A DNA stretch of 64,000 nucleotides from Eubacteriales bacterium (lineage in GTDB: Bacteria > Bacillota > Clostridia > Oscillospirales > QAKW01), in assembly GCA_045541535.1 (NCBI GenBank), contig JAZQJG010000066.1:4136-68135 (forward strand), written 5' to 3'. Below are positions 35,100 through 46,000 of this stretch, one piece after another. Below the pieces are notes generated by a model that saw nothing but the letters and a program-made list of their open reading frames with translations, was not told the origin of the DNA and did no database searches. Made by a program: the position numbers and the translations under genes. The stretch's first letter is position 1. The number at the start of each line of letters is the position of its first letter.

Positions 35100-37062
35100 A
35101 CGAATCAAGACCCTCCGACCCCACGACACGGTGTCGTTGGTCCTGCCGGTGCTCTTTATTTTGCTGACCGCCACCACACGGGTGTGGTGGATCGTCGGCG
35201 TGGAGGCACTGGCACTGTTGGGCTATTATATCTTCCGCTTCTTTGCCCGCAAGCATCACAACGAGCGGCTCTTTTCCTATCTGCAGAATATGACGGAGTT
35301 TCTGGACGAGGCCAGTCGGGACAACCTGACTTCCTTTCCCATGCCCATCACCCTGCTGGATTCCAAGGGTATCGTTTTGTGGTACAACGATCTCTTTCAC
35401 AACATTCTGCAGGGTCACAACGTGCCCAGTGTGTTCGGTGAGGAGATCGGCAAGCTGTGCGATTCCATCTATCTGGATCAGATCGCCGGCGGCAGACAGC
35501 GCTTTGACGTCAGCTTTCAGGGCAAATACTACACCGTCTACGCCATGCGGCAGGGGCTGAAAAATCAAAAGGAGCATTATTTCGCCCTCTACTGGATGGA
35601 GGATGACAAGATCAAGCGGGAAAACCTGCGCCTGAAAAATGAAAAGCTGTGTCTGTGTTACATTATGATCGACTCCTACGACGAGATCCCCTCGGACATT
35701 TCCGAGATACAAAAGTCCAATTTCGTTACCCGTGTGGACGTTAAGGTGAGAAATCTGGCCCGTAGCGTGGACGGCGTGCTGAAAAAGCTGGAAGTGGACA
35801 AATATCTTTTGATGTTTGAGCGGCATAAGCTGCAACAACTGGAAAAGAACAAATTCCAGATTCTGGAGGAGGTCAAGGAGGTCTCCATTGACGATCGGGT
35901 ACACGCCACCCTGTCCATCGGCGTAGCCAAAATGAGCGGCGAGATGCGTAAGATCGACCACGCCGCCCGCGCGGCGCTGGATATGGCCCTCTCTCGAGGC
36001 GGAGATCAGGCCGCTGTAAACACCGGCGAAAAATACGTCTTTTACGGCGGTAAGGCTCAGGCGGCGGAAAAGCGCAAGCGTGTCAAGGTGCGCATCATTG
36101 CCGAGGCCTTTGCCACCCAGGTCACCACCGCCGACCGTGTGCTGATTATGGGGCACAAGTTTGCGGATCTGGATTGCATCGGCGCCGCCCTGTCGTTGGC
36201 CCATTGTGTCAACATTCTGGCCACCCCCGTTAATATCGTCATTCATCCAAAGGAAAATCTGGTGGGCAATCTCATTGACAGTGTGATGGATACGCCGGAA
36301 TATGCCGACGTTTTCGTAGACCCCATCCGCGCCCAAAAGCTGATCACCGAAAATACCCTGCTGATCATCGTGGACACCCATTCTTTGGGGTATATGGAAA
36401 ACGACAAGCTTTATCATATGGCCACCCGTGTGGCCCTCATTGACCACCATCGCAAGGTGACCAGCGGCGCCGTGGAAAACGCCTTGATCCATTTCCACGA
36501 GCCCAACGCATCCTCCTGTTGTGAGATGGTCGCCGAGCTCATTGACAATCTGCCCGGTTGCCGCATCGGCAAAACCGAGGCCAACGCCCTGATGGCGGGT
36601 ATCATTCTGGATACCAAAAACTTCACCGAGCGCACCGGCGTGCGTACCTTTGAGGCGGCGGCCTATCTGAAGGGCTGTGGCGCCGATACCGCTCAGGTGC
36701 AAAAATTCTTTAAGAGCGATATCGACACCTACAAGCGGCAACTGGAAATTATGGGCAGTGCCGTGCTGTACGGTGACAATATGGTGGCGGCCTACGACGC
36801 CCCGCCTTTCCCCGGCATCAAGATGCTGGCGGGTAAATCTGCCGACGAGCTGTTGGGCCTGAAGGGGGTACACGCCTCCTACGTGCTCTACCGTGAGGAG
36901 GGACAGACCCATATCTCCGCCCGTGGGGAAGGGGATAAAAACGTGCAGACCGTGATGGAAGCCCTGGGAGGCGGCGGTCACCGTTCTGCCGCCGGCGCAC
37001 AACTGGATTGCAGTCTGGAAGAGGCGCTGGAGCAACTATTGCAACTCATCAACGAAAAGTAA
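35092..37062 (+). CDS. gdpP: c-di-AMP phosphodiesterase GdpP (TM-PAS-degenerate GGDEF-DHH/DHHA1)
   Basis: Two N-terminal TMs, DHH motif (IIVDTHS .. LIDHHR) and DHHA1 GGGGH near the C-terminus. Synteny with rplI and dnaB. Confidence 0.9.
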   Translation: MNKRIKTLRPHDTVSLVLPVLFILLTATTRVWWIVGVEALALLGYYIFRFFARKHHNERLFSYLQNMTEFLDEASRDNLTSFPMPITLLDSKGIVLWYNDLFHNILQGHNVPSVFGEEIGKLCDSIYLDQIAGGRQRFDVSFQGKYYTVYAMRQGLKNQKEHYFALYWMEDDKIKRENLRLKNEKLCLCYIMIDSYDEIPSDISEIQKSNFVTRVDVKVRNLARSVDGVLKKLEVDKYLLMFERHKLQQLEKNKFQILEEVKEVSIDDRVHATLSIGVAKMSGEMRKIDHAARAALDMALSRGGDQAAVNTGEKYVFYGGKAQAAEKRKRVKVRIIAEAFATQVTTADRVLIMGHKFADLDCIGAALSLAHCVNILATPVNIVIHPKENLVGNLIDSVMDTPEYADVFVDPIRAQKLITENTLLIIVDTHSLGYMENDKLYHMATRVALIDHHRKVTSGAVENALIHFHEPNASSCCEMVAELIDNLPGCRIGKTEANALMAGIILDTKNFTERTGVRTFEAAAYLKGCGADTAQVQKFFKSDIDTYKRQLEIMGSAVLYGDNMVAAYDAPPFPGIKMLAGKSADELLGLKGVHASYVLYREEGQTHISARGEGDKNVQTVMEALGGGGHRSAAGAQLDCSLEEALEQLLQLINEK

Positions 37063-37077
37063 AAGGAGAACGTAAAT

Positions 37078-37521
37078 ATGAAGGTAGTATTACTTGCTGA
37101 CGTAAAGGGCAAGGGTAAAAAGGGCGACACCGTCAACGTTGCCGACGGTTACGGCCGTAATTTTCTCATTGCCAAGGGGCTGGCCGCACCGGTAGACGCC
37201 CAGCTTCAAAACGATTTTGCCGGTAAAAAGCAAAGTGAGATCTTTAAGGAGGAGCAGGCCGAGGCCGCCGCCAAGGAAGTGGCCGCCAAACTGGAGGGTA
37301 AAACCATCACGCTGCCTGCCAAGGGCGGCGACAGCGGTAAGCTGTTCGGCAGTCTGACCACCAAGGAGATCGCCGCCGCACTCTCCAAGGAGACCGGCGC
37401 CACCATTGATAAAAAGAAACTTGTGGCCGAGACCATCAAGGCCTTCGGCAGTTATCCCGTTACCGCCAAGCTTCATAAGGGCGTGGTGGCTAAATTTACC
37501 GTCAACGTGGTAAAAGAATAA
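37078..37521 (+). CDS. rplI: 50S ribosomal protein L9
   Basis: [30 protein letters not shown] is the canonical L9 N-terminus. Confidence 0.95.
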   Translation: MKVVLLADVKGKGKKGDTVNVADGYGRNFLIAKGLAAPVDAQLQNDFAGKKQSEIFKEEQAEAAAKEVAAKLEGKTITLPAKGGDSGKLFGSLTTKEIAAALSKETGATIDKKKLVAETIKAFGSYPVTAKLHKGVVAKFTVNVVKE

Positions 37522-37549
37522 ACACTCCCACAACACAACGGAGGTTATT

Positions 37550-38911
37550 ATGGAATTTGACGCTTTAAAGCAAATGCCCCATTCCATTGAAGCGGAGCAA
37601 TCGGTGATCGGCGCGCTGATCATGGATCCCGCCTGCTTTGATCAGATCACGGGCTTTTTGAAGCCGGAGCATTTTTATCACGAAAAATACGGTCGCATTT
37701 TTCAAACCATTTCCTATATGAATATGGATAATGAAAAGACCGATTTCGTTACCGTACTGGAAAAGGTGCGGGCCGCCGGCATTTACGACGAGGAAGAGGG
37801 CAAGCGGGTGTTGTACGATCTGGCCCAGAGCGTGCCCACCTCGGCCAACGTGGTGGCCTATGCCCGCATCGTGGAGCAAAAGGCCAAACTGCGGCAACTG
37901 ATCACCGCCTGCAGTGAGATCAACGAGGCGGCCTACGCCCAAAACGAAGAGGTTGCCAAAATTCTGGATATGGCGGAAAGCAAGATCTATGAGATTATGC
38001 AGAGCCGCCAGAACACCGAGCTGACCCATATCAAGAGCGCCATCGTGGAAGCCTACGACGCTTTGTCCGAGCGTTGCGAGAACCGTGGCTCCATTCAGGG
38101 TGTGGCCACCCATTTCTCTGCCTTGGACCAGTATTTGCTGGGTCTGGGCAAGGGCGATCTGGTACTGATTGCCGCCCGTCCCGGTATGGGTAAAACCGCC
38201 TTTGCGCTCAATATTGCCGAAAACGTGGCACGCGGGGGTAAGGATAAGGCGACCCGCGCCGCCAATAAAGAACATAAGACCATCGCCGTCTTTTCTCTGG
38301 AGATGTCCAACGAACAGCTGGTCAACCGTCTGTTGTCCTCTGCCTCCGGCGTTATGAACACCAAGTTCCGTAGCGGCGAGCTGGACAGTAACGAGTGGCG
38401 TGCCATCAATCAGGCGGCCGAGTTGTTATCCCGTACCGATATTTATCTGGACGATACTCCCGGTATCACCGTTCCCCAGATCAAGGCCAAATTGCGCCGC
38501 CTGAAAAATCTGGATCTGGTGATCATCGACTATTTGCAGTTGATGGAATCCGCCAAAAAGACCGACGGCAGAACCCAAGAGGTTTCCGAGATCTCCCGTT
38601 CCCTCAAGCTGATGGCCAAGGAATTCGGTATTCCCGTGATTGCCCTGTCCCAGTTGTCCCGTGGACCGGAGAGCCGTCCCGACAAGCGCCCCCAGATGAG
38701 CGATCTGCGTGAATCGGGCGCCATCGAGCAGGATGCGGATATCATTATGATGCTGTATCGTGACGATTATTATAACAAAGAAAATTCCCAGACCCCCGGC
38801 ATCTGCGAGTGTATCATCACCAAAAACCGCCATGGTTCCTCCGGTACGGTACAATTGCACTGGTCGGGTGAAAATACCAGATTCTCCGATCTGGAACAAC
38901 GGTATGAATAA
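37550..38911 (+). CDS. dnaB: replicative DNA helicase
   Basis: MPHSIEAEQSVIGALI N-domain, Walker A ARPGMGKTAF and DYLQLM block. Confidence 0.95.
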   Translation: MEFDALKQMPHSIEAEQSVIGALIMDPACFDQITGFLKPEHFYHEKYGRIFQTISYMNMDNEKTDFVTVLEKVRAAGIYDEEEGKRVLYDLAQSVPTSANVVAYARIVEQKAKLRQLITACSEINEAAYAQNEEVAKILDMAESKIYEIMQSRQNTELTHIKSAIVEAYDALSERCENRGSIQGVATHFSALDQYLLGLGKGDLVLIAARPGMGKTAFALNIAENVARGGKDKATRAANKEHKTIAVFSLEMSNEQLVNRLLSSASGVMNTKFRSGELDSNEWRAINQAAELLSRTDIYLDDTPGITVPQIKAKLRRLKNLDLVIIDYLQLMESAKKTDGRTQEVSEISRSLKLMAKEFGIPVIALSQLSRGPESRPDKRPQMSDLRESGAIEQDADIIMMLYRDDYYNKENSQTPGICECIITKNRHGSSGTVQLHWSGENTRFSDLEQRYE

Positions 38912-40157
38912 ACGCATTGCCGCCGCCCTGACGGGCCCCTGTGGTCTGCGGGCCGGCGATCATATCACCGTGGCCCTGTCCGGTGGACGGGATTCGGTGG
39001 TGTTGGCCCACGCCTTGCTGGCTGTGGCAGGGGAACTGGGGCTCACCCTTTCCGCTCTTCACATCCATCACGGCCTGCGCTCCGCCTCCGACGGGGAGGA
39101 GCAGTTTGTCAGAGAACTGTGCCGGAGCCGGAACCTGCCCCTGTCGGTGCGCCGCCTGCAGATCACCCCGCAAAAGGGGGAGAGTCTGGAGATGGCGGCC
39201 CGCGCCGCCCGCTACGCCGTATTTGCCGAATACGTGGGGGAAGGCCGCTACGTTGCCACCGCCCACCATCTGGACGATTGTATGGAAACCTTTTTCATCA
39301 ATCTTTGCCGTGGTTGCGGCAGTAAGGGGCTCAGCGCCATCCCTCATCAGCGGGACGGCATCATTCGCCCTCTGCTGGATTGCCCCGGGGAGACGGTGCA
39401 GGCCTACGCCGAACAGCAGGGTCTGCAATGGGTGGAGGACGAGAGCAATGCCGACACCTATTATCTGCGCAATTTTATCCGTCACGAAATCCTGCCCCGA
39501 CTCAAGGGGCGGCAGGACGTGTCCTTTACCGCCGGCTTTGCCGCCACCCTGTCCAATTTGCGGGAGGAAAACGAGTTTCTGGAGCAGGCGGCGGGAACGG
39601 AGGAACTAACCCATCGGCCGCTGGCCTGGCGGGTGCTCAAGGTCCGGTGTCCCGCCTTGACCCGAGAACGCTTTGAGCAGATCTACGGACGGATACAGGC
39701 GGGGGAGAAAAGCTTTGAGGAACAGGTGCAGGGGGATTTGTTCGCCCGATGGGAAAAAGGGGAGATCTCCTTTTATCGGCGAAGCGCCCAACGGCCCATC
39801 CCTCTGCAAAAGTTGGAGGAAACGCTGTCCCTGTCCGATAAAAAAACAATTTATTTGAAAGAAATTCACAGCGAGTTTACAAATTTTGATATGGACTGTG
39901 ATAAAATAGGTGATACTCTGTATATAAGCTCCCGTAAAGCGGGGGACGAGATCACCCTGCCCCGACGTCCGAGGAAGAGCCTGAAAAAACTCTTTGCCGA
40001 GGAAAAGGTGAAAAATCGGGAAGAGGTGGCGGTGATTCGGGACGGACAGGGCGTCCTTTGGGTGGAAGGCTTTGGCGCCGATGAGCGCAGTGCGCCCGAC
40101 GGTAATACAAAACGTGCATATCGTGTGGTTGTGACGACTACTGATAAAAATAAGTAG
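38904..40157 (+). CDS. tilS: tRNA(Ile)-lysidine synthetase
   Basis: PP-loop SGGRDS. The ATG at 38904 overlaps the dnaB stop; the longer listed ORF lies inside dnaB. Confidence 0.9.
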   Translation: MNKRIAAALTGPCGLRAGDHITVALSGGRDSVVLAHALLAVAGELGLTLSALHIHHGLRSASDGEEQFVRELCRSRNLPLSVRRLQITPQKGESLEMAARAARYAVFAEYVGEGRYVATAHHLDDCMETFFINLCRGCGSKGLSAIPHQRDGIIRPLLDCPGETVQAYAEQQGLQWVEDESNADTYYLRNFIRHEILPRLKGRQDVSFTAGFAATLSNLREENEFLEQAAGTEELTHRPLAWRVLKVRCPALTRERFEQIYGRIQAGEKSFEEQVQGDLFARWEKGEISFYRRSAQRPIPLQKLEETLSLSDKKTIYLKEIHSEFTNFDMDCDKIGDTLYISSRKAGDEITLPRRPRKSLKKLFAEEKVKNREEVAVIRDGQGVLWVEGFGADERSAPDGNTKRAYRVVVTTTDKNK

Positions 40158-40167
40158 GAGAGAAAAA

Positions 40168-40713
40168 ATGAAAATTCATAAGGACGTAAAGTACGTGCTG
40201 ATTTCCGAGGCACAACTGAAGGAAAAGGTAGAGCAACTGGGTGCCAGGATTACCGAGGACTTTCGGGGCAAGCATCCGGTGGTGGTGTGCATTCTCAAGG
40301 GAAGCGTGGTCTTTATGGCCGACCTGATGCGCGCCATTGATCTGGACATTGATATTGACTTTATGGTGGTTTCTTCTTACGGCGCCGGCACCAAGAGCGG
40401 CGGCAACGTTAAGATCGTCAAGGATCTGTCGGTGGACATCACCGGCCGTGACGTGATCATCATTGAGGATATTCTGGACAGCGGTAACACCCTGTCCAAT
40501 CTGATCCGTTTGTTGGATTGCCGCGGCGCCTCCTCTATCAAGCTGTGCGCCCTGCTCAACAAGCCGGATCGCCGCACCGCCGAGGTGCATCTGGACTACG
40601 AGGGGTTCGTTATTCCGGACGAGTTTGTCATCGGCTACGGTCTGGACTATAACGAGACCTATCGCAATTTGCCCTACGTCGGCGTACTGAAGGAAGAAGT
40701 TTATTCCAAATAA
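40168..40713 (+). CDS. hpt: hypoxanthine phosphoribosyltransferase
   Basis: PRPP-binding VIIIEDILDSGNTL. Part of the tilS-hpt-ftsH synteny. Confidence 0.93.
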   Translation: MKIHKDVKYVLISEAQLKEKVEQLGARITEDFRGKHPVVVCILKGSVVFMADLMRAIDLDIDIDFMVVSSYGAGTKSGGNVKIVKDLSVDITGRDVIIIEDILDSGNTLSNLIRLLDCRGASSIKLCALLNKPDRRTAEVHLDYEGFVIPDEFVIGYGLDYNETYRNLPYVGVLKEEVYSK

Positions 40714-40732
40714 AACCTAAGGAGATACCGTT

Positions 40733-42673
40733 TTGAAGAAGAAAAAGAAAGTAAGCGGACTGCTGTTTTATATCCTGATTATGGTGATTATCGTGGTGGG
40801 ACTCTCCGTCTTCACCCGTGGTAAGGCAGAGGATAAAAACGTGTCCTTCCACGGCCTGGTGGAACTCTTTGAGCAGGATCAGGTAGCCACCTTTACCGTA
40901 GAGGGGGCTAAGGTGACCTGTAAGCTGGTGGATGGCAGCGAAAAGACCCATACGCTGCTCAGTCTGGGGCTGTTTGACGAATACGTGATGCCCCTGACCG
41001 CCGAATGTAAAAATCTGCAGGACTATAACTTTGAAGAGGGCTTTGTATTGCCCTGGTGGGTCAGCTATCTGCCCCTGTTTTTGCTCAGCGGCGTGATCAT
41101 CTTTATGATCGTGATGTCCAATCGGCAGATGAACGGCGGCAAGGCCCCCAATTTCGCCCGTGCCCGTGTGCGTATGGCAGAGGACGATAAGGACAAAAAG
41201 ACCTTTGCCGACGTGGCCGGCGCCGATGAAGAAAAAACAGAGCTTTCCGAAATGGTGGATTTCCTCAAAAATCCCCAGAAATATATGGCGCTGGGCGCCC
41301 GTATTCCCAAGGGCGTACTGTTGGTGGGCCCTCCCGGAACGGGTAAGACCCTGCTGGCCAAGGCCACGGCAGGGGAGGCCGGCGTGCCCTTTTTCACCAT
41401 CAGCGGTTCCGATTTTGTGGAGCTGTACGTAGGTGTGGGCGCCAGCCGTGTCAGAGATCTGTTTGAGCAGGCCAAAAAGGCGGCTCCCTGTATTATCTTT
41501 ATTGATGAGATCGACGCCGTCGGTCGCCAGAGAGGCACCGGTCTTGGCGGCGGTCACGACGAAAGAGAGCAGACCCTCAACCAGTTGCTGGTGGAGATGG
41601 ACGGTTTCGGTAAAAACAGCGGTATCATCGTGATGGCCGCCACCAACCGCGCCGACGTTTTGGATCCCGCTCTGTTGCGTCCCGGCCGTTTTGACCGTCA
41701 GGTCTACGTGGGCTATCCCGATCAGAAAGGTAGAGAAGAAATTCTGCAGGTCCACGCCGTTGATAAGGTGTTTGCCTCCGACGTATCCTTTAAGGATATC
41801 GCCAAGGAGACCATTGGCTTTACCGGCGCCGACCTTGAAAATCTCTTAAACGAAGCGGCCCTGCTTGCCGCCCGTAACGATCAAAAGGAGATCACGGCGG
41901 CCAATATTCAGGATGCGGTGATGAAGGTGGCCGTTGGCCCCGAAAAGAAATCCCGCAAGATTTTGGAAAAAGAACGCCGTCTGACCGCCTTCCACGAGGC
42001 GGGTCACGCCGTGGTTGCCAAATATCTGCCCACCGCCGATCCCGTCCACGAGATCAGCATCATTCCCCGCGGCACCGCCGGCGGTTATACCATGCATCTG
42101 CCTCAGGAGGATCTGTCCTATTCCACCCGCAGTGAGTTGTACGAGCGTATCGTCAGCCTGTTGGGAGGCCGTGCCAGCGAAAAGCTGACGTTGGACGATA
42201 TTTCCACCGGCGCCTCCAGCGATATCCAGCGCGCCACCGCCATTGCCAAGGATATGGTCACCAAGTACGGCTTTTCCGAGACCCTTGGTCCCATCCTCTA
42301 CGGCGGCGAGAGCAGAGAGGTATTTCTGGGCCGTGATTTCTCCAATCAGGCCCAATGGTCCGAGGAGACCGTGGCCGTTATTGATAAGGAGATCAAGGCT
42401 TTGGTGGACAAAGCCTATCAACAGGCCCTTGACCTGCTCACCGAGCACCGTGACCAGTTGGACGCCGTGGCGGCCTATTTGCTGGAGCACGACAAGATGA
42501 CCGGCGAGCAGTTTGAAAACGTGATGAAGGGTCTGCCGGCCGACGGCGAGCCCGAAGAGGCCCCCGCCGAGGAGAGCGACGCTCCCGTGGCCGACACCCC
42601 TGTGGCAAACCCCGTGGAGCCTGCCGCTCCCGAGGCAACCAACACCCCCGCCACCGAGGACGAAACCGAATAA
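40733..42673 (+). CDS. ftsH: ATP-dependent zinc metalloprotease FtsH (canonical, membrane-anchored)
   Basis: TTG start after an AAGGAG RBS. Two TMs, [17 protein letters not shown] and HEAGHA. Confidence 0.95.
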   Translation: MKKKKKVSGLLFYILIMVIIVVGLSVFTRGKAEDKNVSFHGLVELFEQDQVATFTVEGAKVTCKLVDGSEKTHTLLSLGLFDEYVMPLTAECKNLQDYNFEEGFVLPWWVSYLPLFLLSGVIIFMIVMSNRQMNGGKAPNFARARVRMAEDDKDKKTFADVAGADEEKTELSEMVDFLKNPQKYMALGARIPKGVLLVGPPGTGKTLLAKATAGEAGVPFFTISGSDFVELYVGVGASRVRDLFEQAKKAAPCIIFIDEIDAVGRQRGTGLGGGHDEREQTLNQLLVEMDGFGKNSGIIVMAATNRADVLDPALLRPGRFDRQVYVGYPDQKGREEILQVHAVDKVFASDVSFKDIAKETIGFTGADLENLLNEAALLAARNDQKEITAANIQDAVMKVAVGPEKKSRKILEKERRLTAFHEAGHAVVAKYLPTADPVHEISIIPRGTAGGYTMHLPQEDLSYSTRSELYERIVSLLGGRASEKLTLDDISTGASSDIQRATAIAKDMVTKYGFSETLGPILYGGESREVFLGRDFSNQAQWSEETVAVIDKEIKALVDKAYQQALDLLTEHRDQLDAVAAYLLEHDKMTGEQFENVMKGLPADGEPEEAPAEESDAPVADTPVANPVEPAAPEATNTPATEDETE

Positions 42674-42675
42674 CC

Positions 42676-42712
42676 AAAAAGAGCAAAGCGATTTGTCGCT
42701 TTGCTCTTTTTT
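42676..42712 (+). terminator. intrinsic terminator after ftsH
   Basis: Stem gagcaaagcg-atttgt-cgctttgctc followed by T6. Confidence 0.8.
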
Positions 42713-42797
42713 ATGGGTTTTTAGCTCCGTCAAATGGCTACTGAAATTCCGAACTGCGCATTTTAGATGGAGGTTTTGCAGGGCAAAACCAAACCGA

Positions 42798-42832
42798 CGT
42801 TATTCGTTTTTTCGTTATTCGTTATTCGTTTT
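42798..42832 (-). repeat. CGAATAA-type heptamer tract (reverse orientation)
   Basis: Sequence cgttattcg tttttt cgttattcgttattcg ttttt. Confidence 0.7.
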
Positions 42833-43034
42833 TGCGGCGACAGCCGTTTTTTGTATATATTATACAAAAAAGTCTCTTGCTTTTTGACACTTCCCACAAG
42901 CAAACAACTATTGCTTTTTTGACAAATATAAGGTAAAATATAGTATGAGTAATAGACTGCACTTTTATATCCTTTTATACTTCTTATAATTATAAATATA
43001 TAAAGGGTCAGTCGGAAAAAGGAGAGAATGCAAT

Positions 43035-46000
43035 ATGTTGAAATCAAAACGCGTACTCAGCTTGATTTTGGCGATCTTTATGTTGGTCAGCATGCTGACT
43101 TGCATCGTTCTGCCCACGGCAAGTGCGGAAAACACCCTGTCCGTTGCAGAGCGCTTTGCCAAGATTAAGGCCACAGACAGCGACAATGACGGTGTGTTTA
43201 CCCCTGCGGCAAACGTCGTCTTTGTCAATCCGAGCTTCGGCACGGGTACCTTCACCTACAAATACGGTGACGGTACCACTTGGGGTAACGGTGTTACCTA
43301 CGAGCTGACCCTCGGCGAAAACGCTTTTAAAAAATTGCAAGAGGGTATCTACGCTTGTCGTGATGCCTGGAATGCCCATGGCGGCACCGTGGCCGACTAC
43401 ACCGGTCCCGACACCGTTGTCGTTTGCCCCGGCACCTACGCAGGTGACCAGTGGCAAAAGACTGAGTGGGTTATTTACAACCTGCCCTCCGATTGGGATG
43501 ACGGCGCTTATACCGACCTGTTCACCCTGAACGTTGTGGGTCCCCAGGCAGGTATTTCCCCCGTAACCGACGGTATTGACCATGCCAACCCCACTCCTCA
43601 GAACGGCAGAAGCGTGGACACCAAGAAGGAAGCTGTTTCCACCTCCACCATGTGGGAAGCTACCAATGCTCACTACATCGTTGACGGTATGGCTTTCAAG
43701 GGCGCCCATAACTTCTATTTCAGAGGCACCTCTGCCGGCGTTTACTATGCTCAGACGTTTAGAAATATCTATCATCAGATCGACGTTGAGTATCAGGACA
43801 GCAACGGTTATACCTACTTCCGTGGCGCCGGTGTTGCCTGTAACCGTAGCTTTGAGATGAACAACTACTACCTGAAGTATAAACAGATCAACTACACCAA
43901 GGCAACCGGTAACAACAAGCTGATCGCCACCCGTATGGTGATGGATAACTTCTATCAGGATTCCCACGAGATCGACTATCTTTCCGACCAGCACAAGCAG
44001 GGCTTCCAGATGCATTGCTATCTCACTCCCTATAAGAGTCAGGCCCCCGGCTTTTTGGGTAAGGACGTAAAGGGTTCTCATTGGGAGATCAAAAACTCTG
44101 TTGTTAACAACACCAAGTCCAATCACTGGATGCGTTTCTACACCCATGATAGCAACTATGCCGACGATGCAAACGGCGGCACGGCGGCCATGGACTCCCT
44201 GAACATCAGCTACATCAACAACCTGTTCTACAATCCTGCCCAACTTGTCCGTACCACCTATGCCAACAGCAAGTGGAACGGCGCCGATCAGGCTACCATC
44301 AAGGACGACGGTGGCTTCGGTGACACCATCTCCTTCCAAAACGGTTGGGCTTTCACTCAACAGTCCGGTATGCTGAACTTCACCTTCTCCGAGAACACCA
44401 TTCAGTACACCTCCGCTGCTCTCAACGACCGTTACAACGGCGCCGGCGGCAGAGAGGCCAAAACGGCCGGCGGTACCTTCTTTAACATTAACGACGATAC
44501 TTGGAACAAGCTGGCCGATACCGCCAACAACAAGATCGACTGGGTATTTAAGGACAACACCCTCATCGTTCCCACTCCTTATACCCTCTCCTCCAAGTTC
44601 TATCTGACCAACACCTCCGATGCGGCGGCCAAGGCCAACGCTCACGGTACCCACTTTGACGCCTCCTCCATTCTGGTGATGAACCAGAACAACGAGGTTT
44701 GCACCTTCTATCAGAGTAACCACGATATGAAGGACATCTACGCCTCCGACAAGATGGCCGGCGGTGTCAGAGAAATGTTCGGTGTTACCAACGGTGCCCA
44801 GATGGCAATTGCGGATTCTCAGGTAGAGATCCGTAAGTCCCAGAACAATCACTGTCCCGTTCCCGGCTTTGACGGTAAACTGATGATCGTTCCTCAGAAC
44901 AATGCCACCACCCACGACGTGAAGGATCTGTTTACCTTCCGTGGTGAGGGCGTTGAGATCGTCAAACTGGTTGATACAAACGGCACCGAGGTGACCGGTA
45001 AGGTCAACCCCAAGGATCTGGACGGTTATAAAGTAACGGCGCAGCTCAAGGGTGACAAGTCCGTTTGTAACGTGACCTTCACCATCAGCATCGCCACCGA
45101 TGACAAATATCTGTTTATCGATCCCACCAACTCCGTTACCTCCTATGAATTTAACGGCAAGACCTATACTTTGAATTCAAGCAACCGTGTCGCTCAGTTT
45201 AATCTGGCACAGGCGGATGCAATGGTCAATGCTTCCGATGCTACCCGCAAAAAGGTAGTTGTATTCCTGCCCGGTACCCATACTCCCGGTAACAACCAGC
45301 TCAAGAGCAATATGGCTCTGCTGGGTCCCCAGTTCGGTGTCTCTCCTGTAACCGACAACTTCACCCTGGCCACCGGCCGTGGCATTACCAAGAATGCCGA
45401 AAACAGCTATGCCATTGATACCACCAAGGAAGCTGTTCTGAAGAACGGCTACTGGGATATCTACCGTACCGAGGTTGCGGTATACGTTGACGGTTTTGTC
45501 TTTGACAACGCCCGTTTCAACATTTCCAACGCTACCGTTGGTGTAAACGGCTGGCACTTTGCCATGCGCGGCGCCCTGCTGGGTCTGTCCATCAACAACG
45601 TATTCCTCAACGGTTGGTCCTCCACCACTGTCGGCGGTTTCGGCACCAGCTACGCCAGCCAAGGTATCAAGGGCTTCCTGCAGATGAAGGACATCTATGC
45701 GGCAGGTCTCGGTAAGACCGATTATAAGAACATTATCGATACCACCGCCATCAACGTCAATCTGGATCATATGTACGTTGAAAACAGATACACCTCTGCA
45801 CTCTTCCGTGTACAGGCCACCAACGGTAAAAACCTGATGATCCATCCCGGTCAGGTTACCTTTAAGCTCAAGAATTCCAAGTTTATCAATATGTATGATA
45901 ACTGGAACTTTATGTATCCTAACTACGTTGACCCGATGGTCAGCTCTTCCACCTGGGGCGGCACCGCCAATGCAAACTCCGCCGAGTATTATCCTGCAGG